Part shown: piece by piece, positions 20,158 through 33,618 of the stretch
How the letters are laid out: each line of letters begins with the position of its first letter
Position numbering within the stretch: the first letter of the stretch is position 1
Assembly (NCBI GenBank): GCA_046757645.1
Contig: JBHHYS010000001.1
Span: 33,793 to 97,792 of the forward strand
Origin: Terriglobia bacterium
GTDB taxonomy: Bacteria > Acidobacteriota > Terriglobia > Acidiferrales > 2-02-FULL-67-57
Length of the DNA stretch: 64,000 bases
Reading direction: 5' to 3'
The notes under the pieces: generated by a model
The model's database searches: none
Told to the model about the DNA's origin: nothing
Seen by the model: only the letters and a program-made list of their open reading frames with translations
Program-made: the position numbers and the translations under genes

Positions 20158-23151
20158 ATGAATCTTCCCGGCGCTTTCGCCCGCATTTCCTTTACCGAGC
20201 CCGTGCGGGCCCGCGCGAATCTCGCCTTGCTGAAGGGGCGCCTCCCTGACCGCGTCCTTTCTTTGCTGCCCTCGATGCTCGCGCAGGTGCCCGACCCGGA
20301 CGCGGCCTTGAACCACCTGGAGCGGTTCACCCGCGAGGCCGGCCGCCGGGTTCTGGATGCCCTCGTCCGCCAGCCGGCCCTTCTCCACTATTTGCTGGCT
20401 CTTTTCAGCCACAGCCGCTTTCTCAGCGAAACCTTGATTCAACAGCCGGACTTGATCGTCTGGCTGGCCCGCGATAAACACCTGGAGCGCTTGGGGTCGA
20501 AAGAAGAGTTGCTCGAGGAATATGCCCGCTTTGAAACCATCGCGCTCGACCTCGAACCCGCCCGGGTGCTGGCCCGCTTCAAGCGCCGCCAGTACCTGCG
20601 CATTGCCCTGAAAGATATTCTCGGGCTTTGCACGCTCGTAGAGACCACGCGCGAACTCTCCACCCTGGCCGACGTGCTTCTGGAGAAGGCGCTGGCGGCG
20701 GCCGGGGCTGAGTTGCGGTCCCGCTACGGTCCCCCGCAGACGAGCGATGCGCGGGGCCGGCGAGTGCCGGCGCGCTTCGCCGTTGTTTCCCTCGGCAAGC
20801 TGGGCGGCAATGAGTTGAACTACAGTTCCGACATCGACCTGCTGTTTCTCTACGCGGGGGAGGGGGAAACCAGTGCCGCCGAACCCGACCGGCACATCGC
20901 CAACAGCGAGTTCTTCGTTCGCCTGGCGCAGCGCCTGCTGCAGCTCATCGCCGGCGTGACTCGCGAGGGCGCGGTCTTTCGCGTGGACCTGCGCTTGCGG
21001 CCGGGAGGGCGCGAGGGGGATCTGGCCATCAGCCTGCCTGCCGCGATCGACTACTACCAACGGCGGGCGCGCGAGTGGGAGTTGCAGGCGCTGCTCAAGG
21101 CCCGGCACTCGGCTGGCGACCCCGCCTTGGTGCGCAGCTTCCTCTCGACGGTGGAGCCGTTTCTCTTTCGAGGCCCGCTGCATTTCGCGGCGGTAGAGAG
21201 CGTGGTGCAGGCGCGGGAGGGGTTCGCGCGGAAGCTCGACGCCGAGCAGGGCGGCCGACTGAACGTGAAGCTGGCCCCCGGCGGCATCCGGGACATCGAG
21301 TTCCTTGTGCAGTGTGTGCAGCGCCTCCACGGCCAGGATGATCCCTGGGTCCGGGCCCCGGGCACCCTGGTGGGCCTGCAAAAGCTCTACGACAAGAGGT
21401 ATCTGCCGGCGCACGACCATTTTCGCCTGGCGGCCGCCTATCAGTTTCTACGCCTGGTTGAGCACCGGCTGCAGTTGGAGCAGGGACAGCAAATCCATTC
21501 GCTGCCGGAGAATCCTGCGGCGCTGGCTCTGCTGGCGCGTCGTTGCGGGCTGAGTGACACTCAGAGGCGCTCTGCGGCGGATGAGTTTCGGCTTCTGCTC
21601 GAAGAGCACTTGCGCCAAGTGCGCGCCATCTATGAACGCATCCTGCCGCACGCTCGTCGGGTGAGCGAGGAGGAAGAGTTCTCGCTGCAGGCGCCGGAGG
21701 CAATCAGCCTACCCGGCGAGCTCTCCTATGCGGAGATTCTGAATCGGCTCCGGGCGCAGGGCTCGCCGCTCTATGCCGCGCTCCGGAGCTTGGCGGTCCC
21801 CGAGCGGACGCGCAAAGCATTCCAGCGTTTTCTCGCCTCGGCCCTGGCTTCATCAGCCGCCTTCGAACAGGTCAGCCAGACCGCGGCAGCCCTGCCCCGC
21901 GTAGTCGAAATCCTGCGGCTGAGCGAACCCATGGGGGCGTTGCTAGTCCGCCAGCCGGAACGACTGGCGGAGTTAAGCGACATCGGCGGAGAGCCGGCTG
22001 AGGCGGGTGGCGCCCCACTGGGGTTCCTCCTGACCACCAGGCGGCCCTCGCGAAGGTCGGCGATGCTTCGGGCGCTCGTGGAGCACCAGGGCCCGCTCAC
22101 CGAGCAGATGGCCGGCTTACGCCGCTATTTCTCCGACGCGGTATTCCGCTGGGGCGCGCGGGAGTTGTGCGTACACGCCCCGGTGGAAGACGGATTGCGG
22201 GCCTACACCGCGTTGGCGGAAGATGTCCTACAGGCCGGACTGGCCATCGCCGAGCAGCACGGCGGTGGCGCCAATGGCACGGCGGAGGCCTGTGAGTACG
22301 CGGTCATCGCCCTGGGACGCCTGGGAACGGCGGAGATGGATTTGGGTTCGGACGCTGACTTGATTTTTGTCGCCGCCCATCCGAGCGCGCAGTCACGCGC
22401 ACGCCCGGTGGCGGAAAAATTTCTTCACGTCATCTCCGGCTATACCCGCGAGGGCACGCTCTTTCCCGTGGATGTGCGGCTGCGGCCCCGGGGCAGCGAG
22501 GGAGAGCTGGTACAAACTACGGAGAGCGTTCTCGACTATTTCCACAGCTCGGCTGGCGTTTGGGAGGCGGCCACCTATTTGAAGGCCCGTCCGGTGGCCG
22601 GCCACATGGAGTGGGGCGAGCAGTGGTGCGAGCGTTTGCGTGCGGTCTTGCGTCAGCGGTTCTCCACCTGGGAGACGATCCGGGCCGGGCTGCGGGAGAT
22701 GCGCCAGCGATTGGAGGAGGAAGGCGCGTCCCCCGCTGGCGACGCCGACAACTTCAAGACCGGCCGCGGCGGTTCCTACGATCTCGATTTCATTCTCTCT
22801 GCCTGCGCACTGCGCGCCGGAGCTGCTTCCCAGGCGGGCTGGCCCTGGCGGGAACAAGTGGAAGCCCTGCTCGGCGGCGCCGGTGCCTCGACATGGCTGC
22901 GGACAAAAGTCAGCGCAACCGAAGGAGAGCAACTCCGGGCGGCTGCCCGGCTGCTGCGCGCTGTGGACCACGCCATCCGCTTGGCCAGCGGCCAAAGCGC
23001 ACCGCGACTGCCGGCGGGACCTCGGTCGGAGGTTGTCGCCGAGCTGACGGGGACTTGGCTGGGGGAGCGCATGAGCCCGGCGAGCCTGGCCCAGCAGCTG
23101 GCCGAAACCCGCCGCGCTCTTCACGCCATTTTCCTGCGGGTGTTTGACTGA
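20158..23151 (+). CDS. glnE: bifunctional glutamine synthetase adenylyltransferase/adenylyl-removing enzyme
   Basis: 997 aa with two nucleotidyltransferase modules (GKLGGNELNYSSDIDLLF and GRLGTAEMDLGSDADLIF). It lies immediately downstream of glnA. Confidence 0.9.
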   Translation: MNLPGAFARISFTEPVRARANLALLKGRLPDRVLSLLPSMLAQVPDPDAALNHLERFTREAGRRVLDALVRQPALLHYLLALFSHSRFLSETLIQQPDLIVWLARDKHLERLGSKEELLEEYARFETIALDLEPARVLARFKRRQYLRIALKDILGLCTLVETTRELSTLADVLLEKALAAAGAELRSRYGPPQTSDARGRRVPARFAVVSLGKLGGNELNYSSDIDLLFLYAGEGETSAAEPDRHIANSEFFVRLAQRLLQLIAGVTREGAVFRVDLRLRPGGREGDLAISLPAAIDYYQRRAREWELQALLKARHSAGDPALVRSFLSTVEPFLFRGPLHFAAVESVVQAREGFARKLDAEQGGRLNVKLAPGGIRDIEFLVQCVQRLHGQDDPWVRAPGTLVGLQKLYDKRYLPAHDHFRLAAAYQFLRLVEHRLQLEQGQQIHSLPENPAALALLARRCGLSDTQRRSAADEFRLLLEEHLRQVRAIYERILPHARRVSEEEEFSLQAPEAISLPGELSYAEILNRLRAQGSPLYAALRSLAVPERTRKAFQRFLASALASSAAFEQVSQTAAALPRVVEILRLSEPMGALLVRQPERLAELSDIGGEPAEAGGAPLGFLLTTRRPSRRSAMLRALVEHQGPLTEQMAGLRRYFSDAVFRWGARELCVHAPVEDGLRAYTALAEDVLQAGLAIAEQHGGGANGTAEACEYAVIALGRLGTAEMDLGSDADLIFVAAHPSAQSRARPVAEKFLHVISGYTREGTLFPVDVRLRPRGSEGELVQTTESVLDYFHSSAGVWEAATYLKARPVAGHMEWGEQWCERLRAVLRQRFSTWETIRAGLREMRQRLEEEGASPAGDADNFKTGRGGSYDLDFILSACALRAGAASQAGWPWREQVEALLGGAGASTWLRTKVSATEGEQLRAAARLLRAVDHAIRLASGQSAPRLPAGPRSEVVAELTGTWLGERMSPASLAQQLAETRRALHAIFLRVFD

Positions 23152-23255
23152 GACCGGGTCAGGTTGTCTTGCCTGCCAGCGGGTGTTATTGTGAAGAAGA
23201 AAGCGCTTTGAGAGAAACGGGCCCGCAGGGATAGTTTTTCCCAGAAGGAAACACG

Positions 23256-25982
<2,727 letters not shown>

Positions 25983-26102
25983 CGGCGGCTTTAGGCCGCC
26001 ATTGAACTGACGAAGCCAGGATCCCGCAGCGTGGATTCGCTTGCCTGGTATACCTTACCGGCATAAGATGAGATCCGCGGCCCCCAGAAGTGGAGAGTCA
26101 AG

Positions 26103-27494
26103 ATGCGCCAGAGCTACAACGGAGTGGCCGTCCCCACCGACGGCAAGCCCATCGAGTATCGCGACGGGCGCTTCCTAGTTCCCGATCATCCCATCATCCC
26201 TTTCATTGAAGGCGACGGCACCGGACGCGACATTTGGCGGGCGGCGAAGCGCGTCTTTGATGCCGGGGTCGAAAAGTCCTGTGCGGGGACCGGCAAGCGG
26301 CGGATCGTCTGGCTGGAGGTTTTGGCCGGGGAGAAGGCTTTCAACCGCTTCGGCACCTGGCTGCCGGACGATACGGTGGAAGCCATCCGCGACTTCCGTA
26401 TCGCCATCAAGGGCCCGCTGACCACGCCGGTGGGCGGGGGCATCCGCAGCCTGAATGTTACCTTGCGGCAGCTGCTCGATCTCTACGCCTGCGTGCGCCC
26501 GGTGAAATGGATTCCGGGCGTGCCCTCCCCGGTCAAGCATCCCGAACGGATGAACCTGATCGTTTTCCGGGAGAACACCGAGGACGTCTACGCCGGGATC
26601 GAGTGGGTGGCGGGCACCGAGGAAGCCAAGAAGGTCATCGCGCTGGTGGGGCAGTTCGGGAAGACAATTCGGCCCGACAGCGGCATCGGCATCAAGCCCA
26701 TCAGCCGCACGGGCACCCAGAAGCTGGTGCGGAAGGCGCTCCAGTATGCCTTGGAGCACGGGCAGAAGACCGTGACCCTGGTGCACAAGGGAAACATCAT
26801 GAAGTTCACCGAAGGGGCCTTCCGCGACTGGGGCTACGAGCTGGCGAAATCGGAATTCCGCGACCAGATTGTGACCGAGCGCGAGAGCTGGATTCTGGGC
26901 AACAAGGACAAGAACCCGGCTCTCTCCATCGAAGCCAACGCAGCCATGATCGAGCCGGGGGTGGAGAGCGCTCCGGAGGCGTTCAAGCAGAAGATCTACG
27001 CAGAGGTCAAAGAGTGCTTGGACTCAATCGGGGGCTCGCATGGGAACGGCCAGTGGAAGAAGAAGATTCTGGTGAACGACCGCATCGCCGACTCCATGTT
27101 CCAGCAGGTGCTGACCCGGGCGAACGAATACGAAATGGTCTGCACGCCCAACCTGAACGGCGACTACCTCTCGGATGCCTGCGCGGCCCAGATCGGCGGC
27201 CTGGGAGTGGCGCCGGGGGCGAACATCGGCGACGGCTACGGGCTGTTTGAGGCCACGCACGGGACCGCCCCAAAGTATGCCGACCGGGACGTGATCAATC
27301 CCAGCGCGGTGATGCTGGCCGGGGTAATGATGTTCGAGTTCCTGGGTTGGACGGACGTGGCTCGGCTCATTGAGCAGGCCATCGCCAAGACCATCGCCCA
27401 GAAGACGGTGACGTACGACCTGGAGCGCCTGATGGAGGGCGCCACCAAGCTCAAGACCAGCGAGTACGCCACCGCCATCATCAACAACATGTAA
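26103..27494 (+). CDS. icd: NADP-dependent isocitrate dehydrogenase
   Basis: [34 protein letters not shown] and [10 protein letters not shown]. Confidence 0.95.
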   Translation: MRQSYNGVAVPTDGKPIEYRDGRFLVPDHPIIPFIEGDGTGRDIWRAAKRVFDAGVEKSCAGTGKRRIVWLEVLAGEKAFNRFGTWLPDDTVEAIRDFRIAIKGPLTTPVGGGIRSLNVTLRQLLDLYACVRPVKWIPGVPSPVKHPERMNLIVFRENTEDVYAGIEWVAGTEEAKKVIALVGQFGKTIRPDSGIGIKPISRTGTQKLVRKALQYALEHGQKTVTLVHKGNIMKFTEGAFRDWGYELAKSEFRDQIVTERESWILGNKDKNPALSIEANAAMIEPGVESAPEAFKQKIYAEVKECLDSIGGSHGNGQWKKKILVNDRIADSMFQQVLTRANEYEMVCTPNLNGDYLSDACAAQIGGLGVAPGANIGDGYGLFEATHGTAPKYADRDVINPSAVMLAGVMMFEFLGWTDVARLIEQAIAKTIAQKTVTYDLERLMEGATKLKTSEYATAIINNM

Positions 27495-27509
27495 GGTTCA
27501 CTCAGAGCA

Positions 27510-27971
27510 ATGCTTAAGTTCGTAGTGTGGGCAGTCGCCGCATACGTCGCCTTGCTACTGATTAACATGCTTCTTCCGATCCCGTTGGGTCTTTTGACAG
27601 AAAGCAGATGGCGTGATCGCTGGCAAGAGGCCGAACAACGTGGGGAGCCAATCGGGAGCGCACTGCCAGGCCAGACCTTGGGAGCTGTAGTCCTCGGATT
27701 TGTCGCAGGAGTTGGCGTTGGTGTGGGTGTGGCTTCCGTGACCGTTGCTTTCGTCAGCTCACATTGGTTCTACCAAGTATGTCTGTTGATTGGATTCTTC
27801 GCAGCCTCTTCACACGCTCAGCAATTGTATCTCGTCAAGTCACCGAGGACCGCGGTGGGCATTGTCTTTGGAAGGGTGGGGGATCGACTGGCTGGAGCCA
27901 TGTTTGGTGGCTACTTCTGGGGCAGCTTCGCTGGCGTGGGTGGATACAACATAATCCGCTGGGTTAGTTAG
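27510..27971 (+). CDS. hypothetical small membrane protein (cassette ORF 1)
   Basis: 153 aa with 3-4 predicted TM helices and Gly-rich segments (GVGVGVGV, GGYFWGSFAGVGG). Starts 15 nt after the icd stop. Confidence 0.55.
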   Translation: MLKFVVWAVAAYVALLLINMLLPIPLGLLTESRWRDRWQEAEQRGEPIGSALPGQTLGAVVLGFVAGVGVGVGVASVTVAFVSSHWFYQVCLLIGFFAASSHAQQLYLVKSPRTAVGIVFGRVGDRLAGAMFGGYFWGSFAGVGGYNIIRWVS

Positions 27972-27993
27972 CACGTCAGCGTCTTTGAAGGAA

Positions 27994-28049
27994 GTCTAAC
28001 CTAGCAGCTCCTGCCGCTCGGCCCCGTGGCAGGAGCCACGGGGTTGAAC
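27994..28049 (+). repeat. attC-like imperfect palindrome 1 (56 nt)
   Basis: GTCTAAC-ctagca-GCTCCTGCC-gctcggccccgt-GGCAGGAGC-cacggg-GTTGAAC. The ends fit RYYYAAC and GTTRRRY, and the internal 9-bp stem is perfect. Confidence 0.45.
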
Positions 28050-28072
28050 GTCACAGAGAGAGGCGTATATCA

Positions 28073-28771
28073 GTGAGTTTGGTGATGGCGTTCAAAGCCG
28101 ATGGTTGTGTTGTGTTGGCAGCCGATACTAGGGGTATTCGCGTACAAGACGGGATGAACTACGACCGCGGCAGGGTGTCAAAACTGCGCTCGTTGGGAGA
28201 TGGGTGTGCAGAAGGTATCACGGGTGATCTTTGCCTTATGGGGCAACTCTTAGACGACGCCAAGAGTCGAGGACTTGGGTTTGGCAAGGCAAAAAGGTTT
28301 AGCGACACTGTCTATGAATTCGAAAGAACCCTGAGACAGATGTACGAACAAAAATTTGGAAATGCAGGTGTCGACCCAAAAGAGAGGTTCCCTTCTTCTC
28401 TTCTTTTTGCCGGGCACGGTGTCTACGGCGGAGAACGGGATTGTTTCATCTACACTATGCATGTCCAACAAAACTTTGCCGCTGTCAGGCAAAATGAGTG
28501 GGATGCAATCGGCCAATGGTTACACGGCGGTTGTTACTACGCCTGCCGCTACTACAGGCCGACGATGACGGAGAAGGAAGCCGCGTTTCTCGCGTATTTC
28601 TGCATAGGCGAAGTTGGCAAATTGGATGGAACTGTAGGTTTGCCCGTAGACATAATGATACTTAGAGACAACTCCGTGCAATCAATTCCAGGGCAATGGT
28701 CGGAGGAATTCAAGTCTAAATACGAAGCCGCTCATGACAAGATGGAGAGTTGGTTTCGGTGGGATAAATAG
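28073..28771 (+). CDS. orphan HslV/proteasome-beta-like Ntn hydrolase with Ser at the nucleophile position (cassette ORF 2)
   Basis: GTG start is 9 nt after GAGAGAGG. (M)SLVMAFKADGCVVLAAD aligns position-for-position with E. coli HslV TTIVSVRRNGHVVIAGD (S1 for T1; G10, V12, V13, A15 and D17 conserved). A Lys follows in RVSKLRSL, like HslV K33 in VKKVRRL. Confidence 0.65.
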   Translation: MSLVMAFKADGCVVLAADTRGIRVQDGMNYDRGRVSKLRSLGDGCAEGITGDLCLMGQLLDDAKSRGLGFGKAKRFSDTVYEFERTLRQMYEQKFGNAGVDPKERFPSSLLFAGHGVYGGERDCFIYTMHVQQNFAAVRQNEWDAIGQWLHGGCYYACRYYRPTMTEKEAAFLAYFCIGEVGKLDGTVGLPVDIMILRDNSVQSIPGQWSEEFKSKYEAAHDKMESWFRWDK

Positions 28772-28778
28772 ATACACA

Positions 28779-28858
28779 GTTCAACCCAGCGGCTCCCGCC
28801 GCTGGGCCCCGTGGCATCCCTCGGCTTCGCTCGGGGCAAGGGAGACAGGGGGTTGAAC
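28779..28858 (+). repeat. attC-like imperfect palindrome 2 (80 nt)
   Basis: GTTCAACCC...GGGTTGAAC has perfectly complementary 9-nt ends fitting RYYYAAC/GTTRRRY. The left half (CCAGCGGCTCCCGCCGCTGGGCCCCGTGGCA) is homologous to repeat 1 (CTAGCAGCTCCTGCCGCTCGGCCCCGTGGCA), with a 24-nt internal insertion. Confidence 0.45.
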
Positions 28859-28877
28859 ACACGCACTCACTTTTTGG

Positions 28878-28964
28878 TGTCATTCTGAGCGAAGCGAAGA
28901 ATCTCAGCGAAGCAAGGTACGAGGGCCGAGATTCTTCGTCGCCCTTCGGCTCCTCAGAATGACA
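28878..28964. repeat. 87-nt palindromic element TGTCATTCTGAG...CTCAGAATGACA
   Basis: Inverted arms TGTCATTCTGAGCGAAGCGAAGAATCTC / GAGATTCTTCGTCGCCCTTCGGCTCCTCAGAATGACA. No ORF. Sits just upstream of the mdh RBS. Confidence 0.7.
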
Positions 28965-28982
28965 AGCTCAGCAATGAGGTGA

Positions 28983-29912
<930 letters not shown>

Positions 29913-29944
29913 GGCAGAGCGCGCCCCGGGGCTGTTTTCTTCTC

Positions 29945-30250
29945 CTACTCCAGTTTGATTTTCACTTCGGAGCCTTCGACGCTCACCTCGAAGGCCTGCA
30001 CCTGGGCGTCGAAGGTGATGCAGTTGCCGGTGGCGAGCTCGTACTTGCAGGCTTCCACCGGACACTGCACCAGGTCGCCAAACAAATCCCCCTGGCTCAA
30101 GGAGCCCTCATCGCGCGGGCAGGTGTCTTCCAGGGCGTAGAACTGCCCGTCCAGATTGAAGAGAGCGATGGTGAGGCCGCGAACTTCCACGCGCTTGGCG
30201 GCGCTGGGAGGAATCTGGGCCACGTCGGCGACTTTGACCCATTCGGCCAC
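29945..30250 (-). CDS. Rieske-fold ferredoxin-like protein lacking the canonical His ligands
   Basis: 101 aa, NirD/Rieske-like layout. It has CPR..(16 aa)..CPVEAC where the Rieske motif is CxH..CxxH. Confidence 0.55.
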   Translation of the reverse strand: MAEWVKVADVAQIPPSAAKRVEVRGLTIALFNLDGQFYALEDTCPRDEGSLSQGDLFGDLVQCPVEACKYELATGNCITFDAQVQAFEVSVEGSEVKIKLE

Positions 30251-30260
30251 GGCCAGAGTC

Positions 30261-30890
30261 TTATTGCGCCCCGCCTTCTGCCGGCGCGGGGCCCACGCGC
30301 TTGATGATGACCTTGTTGATGGTCACGGGTGTGCGGGGTTTGTCGCCGGCATCGCGAGGCACGTTGCCGATGGCGACGACGATGTCCTGACCCTCGACTA
30401 CCTGGCCGAAAATGGTGTGCTTGCCGGTGAGCCACGGGGTGGGTTTGTGGGTGATGAAGAACTGCGCTCCGCCCGTGTTGGGCCCGGCGTTGGCCATGCC
30501 CAAGCGGCCGGGTCGGTCGAACTTCAGCGCCGGGTCAAACTCGTCCGGGATGGTATAGCCCGGCCCGCCGGTGCCCTGGCCGAGCGGGTCGCCGGTTTGA
30601 ATCATAAAGTTGGGAATGACCCGGTGGAAAATGACTCCGTTATAGTAGGGGGTTCCGGTCATGCGCTGGCCGGTGCGCGGATGTCGCCAGGGCTTTTTGC
30701 CCGTGGCCAGGCCGACGAAGTTCTCCACCGTCTTCGGGGCTTCCTTTTCGAAAAGCTGGATGACAATCTTGCCCATGGAGGTCTCCAGGGTGGCGTAGAG
30801 ACCCGGTGGGCGTTCCTTTTTCGCTTGTGGCTCAGCCCCGACGGCGAGGGCCCCAACCAGAATCACACAGAGAGCAGCGAGTTGATTCAT
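30261..30890 (-). CDS. peptidyl-prolyl cis-trans isomerase, cyclophilin type (secreted)
   Basis: [15 protein letters not shown] and [16 protein letters not shown] signal peptide starts at [13 protein letters not shown] (ATG 30890). The ORF-track start (30947) would overlap the upstream gene. Confidence 0.9.
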   Translation of the reverse strand: MNQLAALCVILVGALAVGAEPQAKKERPPGLYATLETSMGKIVIQLFEKEAPKTVENFVGLATGKKPWRHPRTGQRMTGTPYYNGVIFHRVIPNFMIQTGDPLGQGTGGPGYTIPDEFDPALKFDRPGRLGMANAGPNTGGAQFFITHKPTPWLTGKHTIFGQVVEGQDIVVAIGNVPRDAGDKPRTPVTINKVIIKRVGPAPAEGGAQ

Positions 30891-30921
30891 GGATTTTTCC
30901 CTCCTAGCAGCGCGGGTTAGA

Positions 30922-32172
30922 TTAGCGGAGAGCGGACGAAGAGGCAAGAGCGGCGACGTGCTCGACCTCTTCCATCACCCGCAGAGTGTTGTCGCCGAGA
31001 ATCTTCTTGATGTCGGTTTCGCGGTAGCCGCGGTCGAGCAAGGCCTGGGTGAGGCGCGGCAGGAAGCTCGCGTCCTCCAGTCCTTCCGGCAGGCAGGCGA
31101 CGCCGTCGAAGTCCGAGCCCAGTCCCACGTGGTCAATGCCGGCCACCTGAACGGCGTGGTCAATGTGGTCGAGGATGTTCTCGAGGGTGCCGCGCTTGGA
31201 CTGCTTGAGGTATTCGGCGGCTAGCTTGTATTTTTCGATGGCTGCCTGCCGAGGGTCGTGGGAGTAAGTTCGGTCGATTTCTTTAGCCCGTGCGTCCCAT
31301 TCCTCACGGATGGGTGCGTACCAGGGGTAGAAGCTGGGCTCGACGAAAAAGCAGCCAAAGGGGATCTGAACGACGCCGCCGTTTTTGGCCAGCGCCCGTA
31401 GCATGTCGTCGCTCATGTTGCGAGGGATATGCACCAGCGCCCGGCAGGAGGAGTGCGAGGCGATGACGGGTGCCTGGGTGACCTCCAGCGTGTCAAAAAA
31501 GGTTTTGTCGGAGACGTGGGAGATGTCGACCAGGATACCCAGGCGGTTCATCTCCCGCACCACCTGGCGACCGAACTTGGTCAGACCGTTGTGCACGGTT
31601 TGATGGCCGGAGCTACTGGCCCAAGCCTTCGTGTCACCGGAGCTATCGGCCCAGTTGTTGTTGAAGATGTGAGTCAAGGTCATGTAGCGCACGCCAAGCT
31701 CAGCATAAGTGTGCAGGACACGCAAATCCTCATTGATGGCGTGGCCCCCTTCGAGCCCCATCAGCAGCGCGACCTTGCCCTCCCGGTGGGCGCGGCGGAT
31801 GTCTTCGGCGCTGCGGGCCAGGACAAGCTGCGCGGGGTGGCGCTCGACCTGCTCATAGACGGTCGAGATCAACTCCAGCGCCCGCTGGATGGCGCTGCTG
31901 CCCTCGTACTTGCGCGGGTCGACCCAAATGGAGAAGAAGGCGGCGTCGAGCCCGCCTTCCTTCATCCGGGGGAGGTCAATGTGGCCATAGGGGTCGCGGG
32001 GGGCGAGGTCGAATCCCTCATCGAGGAGGCGCTGGGGCGTGTCAATGTGGGTGTCGACCACGATGGCTTCCTGGTGGAGCTTCGCAGTCCGGGGCGCCAC
32101 GTGGCTCCGGGCGAAGAGCCAGAGGGGAAGAAGCAAAAGTAAACCTAAGCAGGCACGATTCTTCTTGGTCAT
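30922..32172 (-). CDS. membrane dipeptidase (peptidase M19, renal dipeptidase family)
   Basis: [37 protein letters not shown] and GLGSDFDG. Confidence 0.9.
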   Translation of the reverse strand: MTKKNRACLGLLLLLPLWLFARSHVAPRTAKLHQEAIVVDTHIDTPQRLLDEGFDLAPRDPYGHIDLPRMKEGGLDAAFFSIWVDPRKYEGSSAIQRALELISTVYEQVERHPAQLVLARSAEDIRRAHREGKVALLMGLEGGHAINEDLRVLHTYAELGVRYMTLTHIFNNNWADSSGDTKAWASSSGHQTVHNGLTKFGRQVVREMNRLGILVDISHVSDKTFFDTLEVTQAPVIASHSSCRALVHIPRNMSDDMLRALAKNGGVVQIPFGCFFVEPSFYPWYAPIREEWDARAKEIDRTYSHDPRQAAIEKYKLAAEYLKQSKRGTLENILDHIDHAVQVAGIDHVGLGSDFDGVACLPEGLEDASFLPRLTQALLDRGYRETDIKKILGDNTLRVMEEVEHVAALASSSALR

Positions 32173-32424
32173 GCAGCGACCTCCCGAAAAGGAAAACCAG
32201 ACGGTTGGAACCTACGCATGGAGTCTCAGGTTGCCGGCCGCGGGGAGCGGAGGAATCGGGCTCGCAGCGCTGGCCGCGGGATGAGAGAAACAGCCCGCTT
32301 CTGCCGTTCCAACCAACTCAGTCTGAACGGCGTCCTGCCTGCAGCAGGCAGGCTTGAAACTATTGCGCGCAAGTGGGAATGAAAGTCCACCAATGGGAAA
32401 CACAAAGCCGAGCGCGAAACGGTG

Positions 32425-32892
32425 CTAATACTTGACGACCACGATATTGTCTTTGAGCTGGATCCAGCCCGTTCCTTTCCACAAGCTGGTGTGGCCCTTC
32501 ACCTGGACCCAATTGTCCTTCTCGCTCAGGATGACCACGCGGACGGCGCAAGGAACTTTCTCGGCGGGCTTGCTGTCCGAGTCGCCGGGCCGCTTATGAA
32601 CATCAATCTGCGCAGTGAAATCCGGCACATCGCAGTTTTTCATGTGGAAGATTTGTCCCGGCGTCCCCTGGGCGCGCAAGCGCTCCCGCTCCACCTTAGG
32701 GGGCATAATCACATAGATGTCGGGTTTGTTGAAGAGAATCCGGTTCTTCTCCTCATCCACTTTGTAGGCGTGGCAGTTCTCCGGCTGGGTGGCTTGTGCG
32801 TGGGCCACCGCGGGCAGGGCCACGGTACCGGCCAGCAGCGCCAGCCCGCCGAGGAGCCTGGGGGTTTGCCGGAAGAAGCTTGCCATTGTCAT
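32425..32892 (-). CDS. hypothetical secreted protein (SH3-like C-terminus)
   Basis: ATG 32892 gives MTMASFFRQTPRLLGGLALLAGTVALPAVAHA, a signal peptide. The longer ORF-track N-terminus looks non-coding. Confidence 0.5.
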   Translation of the reverse strand: MTMASFFRQTPRLLGGLALLAGTVALPAVAHAQATQPENCHAYKVDEEKNRILFNKPDIYVIMPPKVERERLRAQGTPGQIFHMKNCDVPDFTAQIDVHKRPGDSDSKPAEKVPCAVRVVILSEKDNWVQVKGHTSLWKGTGWIQLKDNIVVVKY

Positions 32893-33260
32893 CGCCGACT
32901 TCTCCTTTGCCGCATCTCTGCGGGCTGCGAAGCCTTTGGGGTCGTCTCCAGCCGGCAGGATTATCTCCCCAGCAGGGAGGGTTCGTGAAACACTTGCTGG
33001 CCTCCCCATGGTTCTGTTTCCGAGTGGTGCCATCCCCGAGAGATGTAAGGGATACAACCCGATTCCGGAGAAGAAATCAAGCCCAAATGCAAGCGGGCTC
33101 GGGGTGACACGAGCCCGGCCCCGGCGGCCCAAGCGTTGCCAAGAGCGGGGTGGCCTGCTAGGATGGAAACTCGGACGCGGCGCGCCCCAAGCACTCCGGC
33201 GCGCAGCCTGCAGGGCCTGAGCGAGCGGCTCGTGAGCAGCCGCGGAGGGTTCCCTCCATT

Positions 33261-33614
33261 ATGTATCGCGGCGGAGCTGGTCAGTGGGCGTGGCTGCTGC
33301 ACCGCTGGAGCGGCGTCGCCGTCCTGCTCTTCCTGCTCATCCACATTCTTGACACCGCGCTGCTGCTCTTCGGGGCCGAGGTGTACGACGGCGTGGTGAA
33401 GATTTACACCCACCCGGTGTTTCGGGTGGGCGAGGTAGGCTTGGCGGGCGCCGTCCTCTACCATGCGCTCAACGGCATCCGCATCACGGTGATGGATTTT
33501 TATCCCCAGCTCCACACCTCCCGGCGCCATCAGCAGTTGGTCTACGGGGTGATGGTGCTGTTTGTCCTGTTGTTCGTCCCCAGCGCTATCTGGATGCTCA
33601 AACCCCTGTTTTGA
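33261..33614 (+). CDS. sdhC: succinate dehydrogenase cytochrome b subunit
   Basis: 117 aa, 3 TM helices, WLLHRWSGVAVLLFLLIHI heme-ligand region. First gene of the sdh cluster. Confidence 0.8.
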   Translation: MYRGGAGQWAWLLHRWSGVAVLLFLLIHILDTALLLFGAEVYDGVVKIYTHPVFRVGEVGLAGAVLYHALNGIRITVMDFYPQLHTSRRHQQLVYGVMVLFVLLFVPSAIWMLKPLF

Positions 33615-33618
33615 GGGG

